The position numbers and the translations under genes were made by a program. From Alphaproteobacteria bacterium (GTDB lineage Bacteria > Pseudomonadota > Alphaproteobacteria > M2410): 64,000 bases of DNA. This document shows positions 38,890-47,675 of this stretch, piece after piece. The notes under the pieces were generated by a model. The model ran no database searches, was not told the origin of the DNA, and was given only the letters and a program-made list of their open reading frames with translations. Numbering within the stretch: position 1 is the stretch's first letter; every line of letters starts with the position of its first letter. The stretch is from NCBI GenBank assembly GCA_965248915.1, contig OZ252216.1:3349889-3413888 (forward strand), written 5' to 3'.

Positions 38890-40135
38890 ACAAGACCGAA
38901 TCATCTTTACTTGTTTGACGTCCTTTCAAGTTTTCTTCGTCACTAGATGGATCTTTTCCTATTAGAACTCCTTGCGTTTCCAACAGATCAAGGTATTCGT
39001 CATCCATATTGAGTTTCGCTTTCAACAGCATACGATTGTGCTCGCCTTGCGGATATGTTCCCGATGTTGGTCCAACTTGACTGTCGGAAAATCGAAACGG
39101 CGAGCGGGGTATTTTGACCTTCTTACCATTGACATCAACCTCGACAAATGCGCCTCGCGCCACAGCCCAATCCAGTTCAGAAGTTTCTGCCAGCGTCTGA
39201 ATTTTCCCCAAAGGCAACCGGGCTGAATCGAGCGCCTGTTCAAACGCCTGAACAGATTCGTAAGTGCCCGCCCAACACTGAACGATTTTTTTGATCTCTT
39301 TCACGCAACCTTGCGTGTCTTTGGTAGTGTACCAACCCTGCTCATGCAGTTCGTGAGTTTTTCCCAATGCCTTAGCAACCGGAAAAATCCAAGTCTCCGG
39401 ATTGCCGGGTACGTGGACCCAAGTTTTGTCTTGAAGTTGCAACATAGCCGCCTCCCCCGGGCGGAAAGGGCTGATCAAGCCCTCTGAGCCACCGTTGACT
39501 TCTGCTGCTGTCCACTCATTCATGGCAAGCATAGACTCTGCCATGGAAACATCGATGCTCTGACCTTTGCCCGTGCGTAGTTTATGAATCAGTGCAGCGA
39601 GAATGGCTGTTGTAGCTTGGGCGCCTGCAGCAAAGTCAGCGTGCGCGACAGCTTCTGGCAAAGGGTCCATTCCACGCTCACGAGAATTTATTGCCAAAAG
39701 GCCTGTCTCCGCATGAATGACCGGAGCGTATGCGCGGCGGTTGGCAGCAGGACCATCCTGCCCGTAACCGGTAATCGAACAGTAGATAACATCAGGATTG
39801 ACTGTCAGCACATCTTGGTAACTGATCCCCAATCGCGCTGTTACACCTGGACGAAAGTTCTCGACAACAATATCTGCCTTTTTCGCCAACTGCAAAATGA
39901 CCTCTGTCCCAGTCTTTTTGGAAAGATCGATACTCAGTAGTTTCTTCCCGGCATTGAGTTGGGCAAACCCCACTCCAACACCGTTGACCTTCGGCTCACC
40001 TCGACGAAGTAAGTCTCCGACGGGGGGTTCAACTTTGATAACCTCAGCGCCGAGATCTACCAACGTTCTTGTACAAGAGGGCCCCGCGATAACTCGCGTG
40101 AGATCCAGTACCATCATGCCTTCGAGTAGTATCAT
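38882..40135 (-). CDS. family III CoA-transferase (CaiB/BaiF family)
   Basis: MILLEGMMVLDLTRVIAGPSCTRTLVDLGAEVIKVEPP is the canonical family N-terminus. Start placed at that Met. Confidence 0.88.
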   Translation of the reverse strand: MILLEGMMVLDLTRVIAGPSCTRTLVDLGAEVIKVEPPVGDLLRRGEPKVNGVGVGFAQLNAGKKLLSIDLSKKTGTEVILQLAKKADIVVENFRPGVTARLGISYQDVLTVNPDVIYCSITGYGQDGPAANRRAYAPVIHAETGLLAINSRERGMDPLPEAVAHADFAAGAQATTAILAALIHKLRTGKGQSIDVSMAESMLAMNEWTAAEVNGGSEGLISPFRPGEAAMLQLQDKTWVHVPGNPETWIFPVAKALGKTHELHEQGWYTTKDTQGCVKEIKKIVQCWAGTYESVQAFEQALDSARLPLGKIQTLAETSELDWAVARGAFVEVDVNGKKVKIPRSPFRFSDSQVGPTSGTYPQGEHNRMLLKAKLNMDDEYLDLLETQGVLIGKDPSSDEENLKGRQTSKDDSVLYV

Positions 40136-40169
40136 CAAATTTCTCCAACCGCATGGTACGGTTTCCTGA

Positions 40170-40946
40170 TTATGATTCCTGAAATTTCGGATCCCTGCGT
40201 TCAACAAATGCCTTCATCCCCTCACGGGCATCATCGGTTTCTCCGACTATTCTTCTGAGCAGCCCTTCGACGCGCAATCCTTGTCGCAGCGGCATTTCAT
40301 AACTACTCAACAGTGATTCCTTGATGGAGCGTAATGATTGAAGAGACATGTCGGCGAGAACATTGGCGAGTTCGTGAGCGCAGGTTATCAATTCGTCCTG
40401 TGGCACTACTCTATTCACGAAGCCGATTCGATAAGCTTCCTGAGCATCGAAAGTCTTGCCCGTGAAGAGTATTTCGGCCGCTAGATTGTATGGCATTAGG
40501 CGAGGTAAGCGTTGAGTGGCGCCCATTCCGGGGAAAATGCCACGTTTGATTTCGGGTTGACCAAACACCGCTGTATCTGAGGCCAGCCTGATATCGCACA
40601 CCATCGCAAGCTCCATACCTCCACCGAGGCAGTAGCCATTTATCGCACCGATAACAGGCTTGAAAAGATCAATTCCCTTCATGGGTGTTAGGAAGTCAGT
40701 GCGCCCAAATTGCGTGACGTGGGGATCGCTATCTTTTGAATTTCTCTCTTTAATATCGGCTCCGACGCAAAAAGCTCTGTCGCCGGATCCTTTGACAATC
40801 AATACGGCGCGATCAGCGTCTTTCGAGAAGTCGATCCATGCGTCCCGAAGTTTTACGCCAAGATCTGCATTCATTGCATTGAGAGCTTGCGGTCGATCAA
40901 GCGTAATCGTAGCGATCTTGCCTTCTTTTTCGTAGATTAAGCTCAT
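40170..40946 (-). CDS. enoyl-CoA hydratase/isomerase (crotonase) family
   Basis: MSLIYEKEGKIATITLDRPQALNAM and LIVKGSGDRAFCVGADIKE oxyanion-hole motifs. Confidence 0.88.
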   Translation of the reverse strand: MSLIYEKEGKIATITLDRPQALNAMNADLGVKLRDAWIDFSKDADRAVLIVKGSGDRAFCVGADIKERNSKDSDPHVTQFGRTDFLTPMKGIDLFKPVIGAINGYCLGGGMELAMVCDIRLASDTAVFGQPEIKRGIFPGMGATQRLPRLMPYNLAAEILFTGKTFDAQEAYRIGFVNRVVPQDELITCAHELANVLADMSLQSLRSIKESLLSSYEMPLRQGLRVEGLLRRIVGETDDAREGMKAFVERRDPKFQES

Positions 40947-40986
40947 GTCAGGTCCGTTTCGGAATTGTTGGCTGGTTGGAGTGTTC

Positions 40987-41589
40987 CTAACTCCGCTCGA
41001 ACACCGATAGCATCTGGTCCAATATTGAATAGAGTCGCTCATCCATTTCCGTCACCGGAATCTTAAACTCTTTGCTTAATCCGCGGCGTGTGGTCATGTA
41101 CCCATTGCCCAATGAAGAGACCAAGATGAGAAGAGCTTCCAGGTCCGTGTCTGGATCAATCACACCATCGTCGACTTCTTGTTTCAAATCTGCCAATCGC
41201 CGCTCTTTCAGCGGGGAAAATCTTGGGCCTTCCGCGTCATCGAGACTAAGCAGTGTCGCCAGCCGAATTGTTGATCCGCGGCCACGCAACGATCTAACCA
41301 TTTGAACAATCTGCTCACGGAAAGGCAGGGTGGCCCCCGAAGTACTCTTGCCGAGCCATTTCTCCGCGTCCTTTTTCAAAGCGGATCGCAGTAAGCTCCT
41401 CCGGGACCCATAGTAGTGATAAACAAGACCGCGGTTTACACCGGCTTCTTCGGCTACCTCTCGCAAATTTAGCCCGGCCAATACTCCATTCTTCTTGAGC
41501 AGTCTCAGGGCGGCGGCCTCAAGAGTTGTTTCTGTTAAGGCACGGTCCATCGGTGCTCTTTTCACTGCATGCAGTTGTTTCTGTTTCAT
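40987..41589 (-). CDS. TetR-family transcriptional regulator
   Basis: LEAAALRLLKKNGVLAGLNLREVAEEAGVNRGLVYHYYGSRRSLL HTH region. Confidence 0.8.
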   Translation of the reverse strand: MKQKQLHAVKRAPMDRALTETTLEAAALRLLKKNGVLAGLNLREVAEEAGVNRGLVYHYYGSRRSLLRSALKKDAEKWLGKSTSGATLPFREQIVQMVRSLRGRGSTIRLATLLSLDDAEGPRFSPLKERRLADLKQEVDDGVIDPDTDLEALLILVSSLGNGYMTTRRGLSKEFKIPVTEMDERLYSILDQMLSVFERS

Positions 41590-42408
41590 CTATTTCTCAT
41601 TGAAAAAGGCCATCAAGTGCTCAGCTACTGCTTGCGGCTGTTCCTCCGGAATCCAGTGCCCTGCTCCTTCAACAACAATTGATCTGACGTTGTCAGATAT
41701 CCGTGTAAGAGATTGTTGCATTAAATCCTTTCGACCGCTATGGGCACCACCTGCGAGCGTTAGAACCGGCATGGTAAGCTTGGCATTGCCGAAAGATTGA
41801 ATGTTGTCTCGCTGGTCTTGTGCCATGACACGATAGTGATTGAACGCGGCGCGCATACCGCCAGGCTGGGAATAGGTACGTACGTATTCCGTTCGCGCTT
41901 CAGGTGAAATCGCGTCTGGTCGAGCGCCGCCGGCCCGATAAAACCAATTCAGGAAGATCTCTTCGCGCCCCTCGGTGAGGGCCTCTGGCAGATCAACGAG
42001 CCTATTGAAACCATGGTGCCATCTGGCTGGGACGCTATTGTCTTTTTGCAGGTCATTGCGAATAAGCACATCCACAAAGACTAACCGGTTAACGGCCTGA
42101 GGCTGATCCATGGCAATTCTGTACGCGACAGGACCGCCGATATCGTGGCCAACGAGATGAAATTTTTCAATCCCCAAATGATCGCGCAGCAATTGATAAA
42201 TATCGCTCGCAACTGTCTTTTTTTCGTATCCTGACAATGGCCGTGAGCTGTCCCCGAGACCACGCAGGTCCGGGGCAATCAGTTGATAGTTCGAGGACAT
42301 CAAGGGCATGACAAACCGCCATTCGAACCAAGATTGTGGCCATCCATGCAGCAGCACAACCGGCTCACCGCTTCCCACGGTCACATAGTGAAGCGTCACA
42401 CCATTCAC
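41590..42408 (-). CDS. alpha/beta hydrolase, epoxide-hydrolase/dehalogenase-like (Asp nucleophile)
   Basis: LLHGWPQSWFEWR and HLVGHDIGG motifs. Its stop directly abuts the TetR start. Confidence 0.8.
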   Translation of the reverse strand: MNGVTLHYVTVGSGEPVVLLHGWPQSWFEWRFVMPLMSSNYQLIAPDLRGLGDSSRPLSGYEKKTVASDIYQLLRDHLGIEKFHLVGHDIGGPVAYRIAMDQPQAVNRLVFVDVLIRNDLQKDNSVPARWHHGFNRLVDLPEALTEGREEIFLNWFYRAGGARPDAISPEARTEYVRTYSQPGGMRAAFNHYRVMAQDQRDNIQSFGNAKLTMPVLTLAGGAHSGRKDLMQQSLTRISDNVRSIVVEGAGHWIPEEQPQAVAEHLMAFFNEK

Positions 42409-42441
42409 GCGAGCATAGCTATGTGTGAATTCATCGATGCT

Positions 42442-43515
42442 CTATACCAAACCCCTGTTTCTTGACGTCAACTCGAAGACCCCGGGGCGATCGCGTATTT
42501 GATCGGTGGTCAACCAAAGACGCTTTAGATGGCGTTTTAGATCTGGATCTTCATAGTCTTCGAACGCAGTGCGAGCATGAAAGACGGAGTAATTGTTTAC
42601 AAACTGCATATCTCCGGGCTCAAGGTCTACGTTTAAGTGCATATCCGGATCGTGCATCAACTCATCAAAGTAGTCGAGCGCCTCCAAGTCACGGGCACTG
42701 AGTTTGGGCACATCATCAAACCGTTGAGCCGACGTGATGTAACCGCGAACGTATCGGCTAAATAGTCTGCCGTTGTGTTCGGTGAAGATTGGGCAGGCAT
42801 AGAAAGGCTTTTCACCCTCGGGTTGCTCGCCGCGCATGTCATAGTAAAAAGGTTCATAAAAGCGCTCGAGCAAATCCGGTCTTTTGCGGGCTATCGCATT
42901 GTGGCAGGCAATTGAACTGACAATGCTGCTCAATCCGCCAGCCTTCGCTTTGCGCAGACAAAGTAAGCACACAAAGTCGGCTCGATCCGTGTGAAAGGGC
43001 AAGTTCAACCGGGTCTGATAACCTCGAATATTGTTGTTCTCTTTGAATTTGGCGCCCTCATCTTGGATATCTCCGAGTAACAGGCCATTCTGGGTTTGCG
43101 GCCATGCTTGTCCCATGTGAGTTCCTATGCCCCAGAAAACTGTACTTGCGTCTTCTTTCGAATAGTCGAGTGCGGGAAACCCACGAAGAAGTTTAAATCC
43201 TCTACCGTTGACAAGTTCGTCAACCAGGTTGTTTACGACAGCAGAAAGCGTAGGAATCGGAAAATCCTCTGCCGTAACTTGAATACCGCTCAGTCCTTTG
43301 GACTTTGCATGTCCAAGCGCTGAATCTAATTCCGATATCTCAGCTGAACTCAAATGATGGATCCAATTGGAGTCCTCCACAAAGCTTTCTCGCTTCCAAT
43401 TCGCCCGTGATTCTATGGGTTCATGCCTAAGAGTCATTATCAAATCAAGATCGGGTGGCCGACCTTCCTCACTGTGTTCATGTGCGATCAAAAACAATAA
43501 ATCATAACTTAGCAT
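42442..43515 (-). CDS. TauD/TfdA-family Fe(II)/2-oxoglutarate dioxygenase
   Basis: The LPFHTDRADF (H-x-D) and FHARTAF (distal His) pattern fits TauD. The true start may be the Met at 43437 (MTLRHEPIES). Confidence 0.8.
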   Translation of the reverse strand: MLSYDLLFLIAHEHSEEGRPPDLDLIMTLRHEPIESRANWKRESFVEDSNWIHHLSSAEISELDSALGHAKSKGLSGIQVTAEDFPIPTLSAVVNNLVDELVNGRGFKLLRGFPALDYSKEDASTVFWGIGTHMGQAWPQTQNGLLLGDIQDEGAKFKENNNIRGYQTRLNLPFHTDRADFVCLLCLRKAKAGGLSSIVSSIACHNAIARKRPDLLERFYEPFYYDMRGEQPEGEKPFYACPIFTEHNGRLFSRYVRGYITSAQRFDDVPKLSARDLEALDYFDELMHDPDMHLNVDLEPGDMQFVNNYSVFHARTAFEDYEDPDLKRHLKRLWLTTDQIRDRPGVFELTSRNRGLV

Positions 43516-43523
43516 AATGATAA
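43509..43523. promoter_or_regulatory. 15-bp near-palindrome TTAGCAT-A-ATGATAA (third locus carrying the TTATCRY-N-RYGATAA motif)
   Basis: One arm mismatch (plus a different central base) relative to the perfect palindrome at 46456..46470. Lies in the gap between the MFS and TauD genes. Confidence 0.35.
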
Positions 43524-43729
43524 ATACAAGCCAAAACCAGCCATTTCAATCTGTCTTCATTGATTCCGAGTATTTGGTTATTGGAGTTTGTACGAGGTCC
43601 GAATTGTACTTTGGTTGAATAGAACAGCGTCGCATTTTGTATCTCATTGCTCGCCGTAGAGTCCATGTGATGCGACGCGATGCAGCCGATTTCTAGCAAT
43701 AGGGATTGGGCCACAATTCGCAAACTGCG

Positions 43730-45007
43730 TTAGCTTTCCATATCGAGTTTCACTGTACGTGAGCCAAGCCAATAGTGTACGCCCGCCCACAGATTGAACG
43801 GAATGATCGCGAGCAGCGCATACCGCAACGATTCGACACCCAAGGTAGGGCGAAGAACGTCGCTAATGATACCAACCAATTGGGGACCCAACCCAAGTCC
43901 AATGAGATTGATGACAAACAACATACCAGCTGCAGACATGGCTCGCATTTGGAGAGGAACAATTGTCTGTCCGACCGCATGAACTGGGCCAGTCCAAAAC
44001 GACCCAAAAAATGCCGGAATCGAATACAACATCAGCCCCAATCGAGGATCGGAAGAGAGAAATACCCCAAACTGGAAGGGCATGGCAACTAAGCCCGCTA
44101 TTCCAGGGACCAATAGGTAATAGCGAACATCCTTCACCGCCAGTTTTTCCGAGAGGACGCCCCCAACAATTGTGCCCACACCCCCTCCAATTCCAAGAGC
44201 AATCCCTAGAATAAGAGCGATTTCTGCAGTACCAAGATGATGTGAGCGAATGAAGAAGGATGGCGTCCAGTTTAGAAGACCGTAACTGGCCAAAGCATGG
44301 AGGGCAGCCGCAAAGACCATGTGTCGGTATGTACGGCATTTCCACAGATAGGCCAGTGTTTTGCGAAACTTGGGCGGGTCATCTGTTGCTTTGCGATTTT
44401 CACTTGCCCCTCGAGCAGGTTCCCGCAATGTTAGCCTAAGGAGTAACGCTACGGCGACGCCAGGAAGTCCGACGACCATGAAAGCCACACGCCAGCCATA
44501 CACCTCGTTAACCCAGCCACCGGTGGTAAAACCAATTATAATTCCCACTGGTATAGCAAGGGAGTAAACGGACATAGCTCGGGAACGTTGATGAGGCGGA
44601 AAGTAATCAGCGATCACAGATTGAGCGGCGGGACCTGATCCCGATTCCCCAACAGCCACACCCATGCGGGTCAAAAGCAATGTCGTGAAGTTGAAAGCAG
44701 CTCCGCTCAGTGCGGTCATTAAGCTCCACATTGTAAGTGCGGACGCTATAAGATTGCGTCGCGAGTGTCTGTCAGCCCAGAGGGCGATCGGAATGGCAAA
44801 GAAAGTAAAGAAGATGGCAAAGGCGATTCCGGAGAGCAATCCGAGTTGAGTATCACTCAGTAGCATCTCTTCTTTGATTGGTTGTAATAGGATCGAAAGA
44901 ATCTGCCGATCAATAAAATTAAGGATACCCACCGTAGTGAGTAACCCCAAAACGTAATATCGATAGGCACTGTTACCAATGCTCTCCTCCCCAACCTTGC
45001 GCATCAA
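43730..45007 (-). CDS. MFS transporter (Spinster-like MFS_1)
   Basis: YRYYVLGLLTTVGILNFIDRQILSILLQPIKEEMLLSDTQLGLLSGIAF plus 12 hydrophobic segments. Confidence 0.85.
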   Translation of the reverse strand: MMRKVGEESIGNSAYRYYVLGLLTTVGILNFIDRQILSILLQPIKEEMLLSDTQLGLLSGIAFAIFFTFFAIPIALWADRHSRRNLIASALTMWSLMTALSGAAFNFTTLLLTRMGVAVGESGSGPAAQSVIADYFPPHQRSRAMSVYSLAIPVGIIIGFTTGGWVNEVYGWRVAFMVVGLPGVAVALLLRLTLREPARGASENRKATDDPPKFRKTLAYLWKCRTYRHMVFAAALHALASYGLLNWTPSFFIRSHHLGTAEIALILGIALGIGGGVGTIVGGVLSEKLAVKDVRYYLLVPGIAGLVAMPFQFGVFLSSDPRLGLMLYSIPAFFGSFWTGPVHAVGQTIVPLQMRAMSAAGMLFVINLIGLGLGPQLVGIISDVLRPTLGVESLRYALLAIIPFNLWAGVHYWLGSRTVKLDMES

Positions 45008-46326
45008 GCAAATGACCTTGCTTCACGTGCGTAGGCTGCGGAAGATCTGAACAGATTGGTGGCCATCAAACTCGATTCAGCTTCGGCTCGCAGGTCGTAA
45101 AGGTCGCCGACGATTTTCTGAACCTCTGCATCTTCTGGCGCAGATTCAATGGCGTAGTCCGCAAGATGACAGGCAAGGCGCAAATCCCCGGTCTCCCCCA
45201 GTTTTTTGGCTCTTGCGGCAAGTGCCCTGGCACCTCCAGCTGCATCAGCTATTTCCTTTGCCACGTCACTTCGTGGTGCAGGCTTCAGCTCACTTGGCCG
45301 CCCGCTCCACCAACCGCCGTAGTAACGAATGACATTTCGTATGATGAATTCCGCCTCGTCATAGACGGGTTGAAGCCACGGAGAGTCACTTGATGGTGGT
45401 GTGACACTGCGCACAATATCGACATGTGGAGGCGACCCATTCTCCAGTTCAGAAAGTGTCTGAGAAACCAAGGAATCGAGATAATCTGCGGTTTCAAGGA
45501 GCATTGTTTGGAGCAAGTCCGGCTGATTGACGACCGGGCCGCCATGCCCGGGCCCCATGGAACGAGGTTTGTAAGCCGCCATTTGTCGCAGCCCATTGGC
45601 CCAATCCCAAGGATAGCGCTGAGCCTTCTGCGGATTGCCAGCGTTCGGCACTCCCCAAATAAAGAGATCTCCCGGACATAGCACTTCCCGCTCACGGCAA
45701 AACACCCAGGTATGATCGTCGGTTTCGCCGCGGCAGTGATGCAATTCGAAAGTCAATCCGCCTACAGTTAATGTCATTCGATCATCATAAAGGAGATTAG
45801 GTGGATATTCCGGCATGATGAAGGCCGATGCTCCAGGCTCAATATTAAAAACGGGGGCGCTCACGGTGCCACCCAACTGTCGCGCATTGATTGACTGGTT
45901 ATGAATCAACGTCTTTCCATAGCGAGTAAATCGCTCTGGCATGGCTCTTTGCCCAATAATCCTCGGTGTATTCTGTCCTTCAACTAGGAACTTAGCTAGG
46001 CCATACGCGTGATCAATGTGACCGTGCGTATAGACAGCCGTATGCACAGGGGATTTGGTCTCCTGTCTCAAGGCGGATGCCAGATTATCGGCGCGCCTAA
46101 CCAATCCCGTATCAACTAGTACGAGCCCTTCATCAGTTTCAAAAGCCGTGCAGCCACTTTGAAAAGACTGAAACCAGGTCTTGTCTGCAAGTTCCACGGG
46201 CCCTCCGGTCCAGAAGAAAGTCGCTTCTTCTGGACTCTTGCCTGCAAGTTTGCGGAAATTTTCTGTCGGATTTCTTGCCACAGTTTCACCTCGGGGGTTT
46301 TGATCACAATCGGCAGGTTTGAACAA
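45004..46326 (-). CDS. MBL-fold hydrolase with alkyl-sulfatase dimerisation-like domain (SdsA1-like, no SCP2 tail)
   Basis: Metallo-beta-lactamase motif YTHGHIDHAYG. The C-terminal block YYGGWWSGRPSELKPAP...GDLRLACHLADYAIESAPED resembles the alkylsulfatase dimerisation domain. Only 440 aa. Confidence 0.6.
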   Translation of the reverse strand: MFKPADCDQNPRGETVARNPTENFRKLAGKSPEEATFFWTGGPVELADKTWFQSFQSGCTAFETDEGLVLVDTGLVRRADNLASALRQETKSPVHTAVYTHGHIDHAYGLAKFLVEGQNTPRIIGQRAMPERFTRYGKTLIHNQSINARQLGGTVSAPVFNIEPGASAFIMPEYPPNLLYDDRMTLTVGGLTFELHHCRGETDDHTWVFCREREVLCPGDLFIWGVPNAGNPQKAQRYPWDWANGLRQMAAYKPRSMGPGHGGPVVNQPDLLQTMLLETADYLDSLVSQTLSELENGSPPHVDIVRSVTPPSSDSPWLQPVYDEAEFIIRNVIRYYGGWWSGRPSELKPAPRSDVAKEIADAAGGARALAARAKKLGETGDLRLACHLADYAIESAPEDAEVQKIVGDLYDLRAEAESSLMATNLFRSSAAYAREARSFA

Positions 46327-46433
46327 CTTCCTTTGTCGCGAACAAGCTTACTCGAACCGTCAAATCTGAAATCGATACCCAGGAAAATCAGGCCTGCCTT
46401 TTGGAGAATCTTTGGTTTTCAATAGTCCTCATA

Positions 46434-46477
46434 TTATCATAACGATAAATATACTTTATCATTATGATAATTTCAAT
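46434..46477. promoter_or_regulatory. 44-bp conserved element, copy B (candidate double operator)
   Basis: 42/44 identical to the reverse complement of 31161..31204. Contains TTATCAT-A-ACGATAA (46434-46448) and the perfect palindrome TTATCAT-T-ATGATAA (46456-46470), with centres 22 bp apart. Confidence 0.55.
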
Positions 46478-46522
46478 ACTATGGAAGAAGATCGTGTATC
46501 GCAATTTAATAGGAGATTGAAC

Positions 46523-47674
46523 ATGCAAACCAAGATTTGCCAGAGACTCGGCATCGACTTCCCCATATTCGCTTTTACCCATTGTCGAGATGTAGTAGCA
46601 GCGGTGACCAATGCTGGGGGCTTTGGTGTATTGGGTGCGGTGGGATTTTCTCCTGATCAACTACGAATCGAACTTGACTGGATTGACGAGCACGTCAATG
46701 GCAAGCCATACGGCATCGACGTAATCATCCCAAATCGATATGAAAACCAAGATGAAAAGGATCCTGAAAAGCTACGCAGTATAATAAGCGCTGCAATCCC
46801 GCAAGGACACAGGGACTTTGCGGACGAGCTGTTAGATGCCCATGGTGTGCCACGTTTGCCGGGGGGTCAAAAAACGCGAGATCAGCTTATGATGACGGAA
46901 GCCACTTCCACACCGCTCATTGATATTGCTTTGGAGCACGAGAATGTCAAAATGGTTGCGAACGCACTCGGCACGCCACCGCCGGAGGTTATCAAGCAGA
47001 TTCAAGATTCGGGCCGGATGGTAGGCGCTCTGTGCGGCTCGCCGAAGCACGCCAAACGCCACGTTGAGGCTGGCCTTGACTTCATCGTGGCCCAAGGGGG
47101 CGAAGGTGGTGGTCACTGCGGCGAAATCGGCAGCTCCGTCTTGTGGCCGGAAGTAGTGGAGATCGCGGGAGATATCCCGGTTATTGCCGCTGGGGGTATT
47201 GGCTCTGGTAGCCAAATGTACGCCGCACTAGCAGTAGGCGCTCAAGGGGTTTGGTGTGGTTCGATATGGCTCACGGTGGCGGAATCAAACACCGATGAAG
47301 TCAAGCGGGAACGGCTACTAGAAGCAAGTAGCTCGGATACAGTCCGCACCAAGAGCTATACCGGCAAATATGCTCGTATGCTGCGCACACCCTGGACCGA
47401 CGCTTGGGATTCAGATAAAGATCCCAAGCCCTTAGCGCCTCCTATGCAGATGATGGCTGTGCGAAATGCAATGCGCCGAATGAGCAAGTTTCCCAAGCAA
47501 GCACGAGACGTAATGTTTGTTCCGGTCGGTCAGATTGTTGGGCGCATGAACCAGACGATGGGTGCGAGACAGCTCATTTCGGAAATCGTAGATGAATACA
47601 TTGAAGCTCACGAGAGAATGTGCGCGCTGATACCCTCGGGCGAAGAGTCTTCTCGCCAATTCGAAAGCAATTGA
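46523..47674 (+). CDS. nitronate monooxygenase (NMO/2-nitropropane dioxygenase) family flavin oxidoreductase
   Basis: ATG at 46523 preceded by AGGAGA. Motifs GFGVLGA, IVAQGGEGGGH and VIAAGGIGSG. Confidence 0.85.
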   Translation: MQTKICQRLGIDFPIFAFTHCRDVVAAVTNAGGFGVLGAVGFSPDQLRIELDWIDEHVNGKPYGIDVIIPNRYENQDEKDPEKLRSIISAAIPQGHRDFADELLDAHGVPRLPGGQKTRDQLMMTEATSTPLIDIALEHENVKMVANALGTPPPEVIKQIQDSGRMVGALCGSPKHAKRHVEAGLDFIVAQGGEGGGHCGEIGSSVLWPEVVEIAGDIPVIAAGGIGSGSQMYAALAVGAQGVWCGSIWLTVAESNTDEVKRERLLEASSSDTVRTKSYTGKYARMLRTPWTDAWDSDKDPKPLAPPMQMMAVRNAMRRMSKFPKQARDVMFVPVGQIVGRMNQTMGARQLISEIVDEYIEAHERMCALIPSGEESSRQFESN

Positions 47675-47675
47675 A

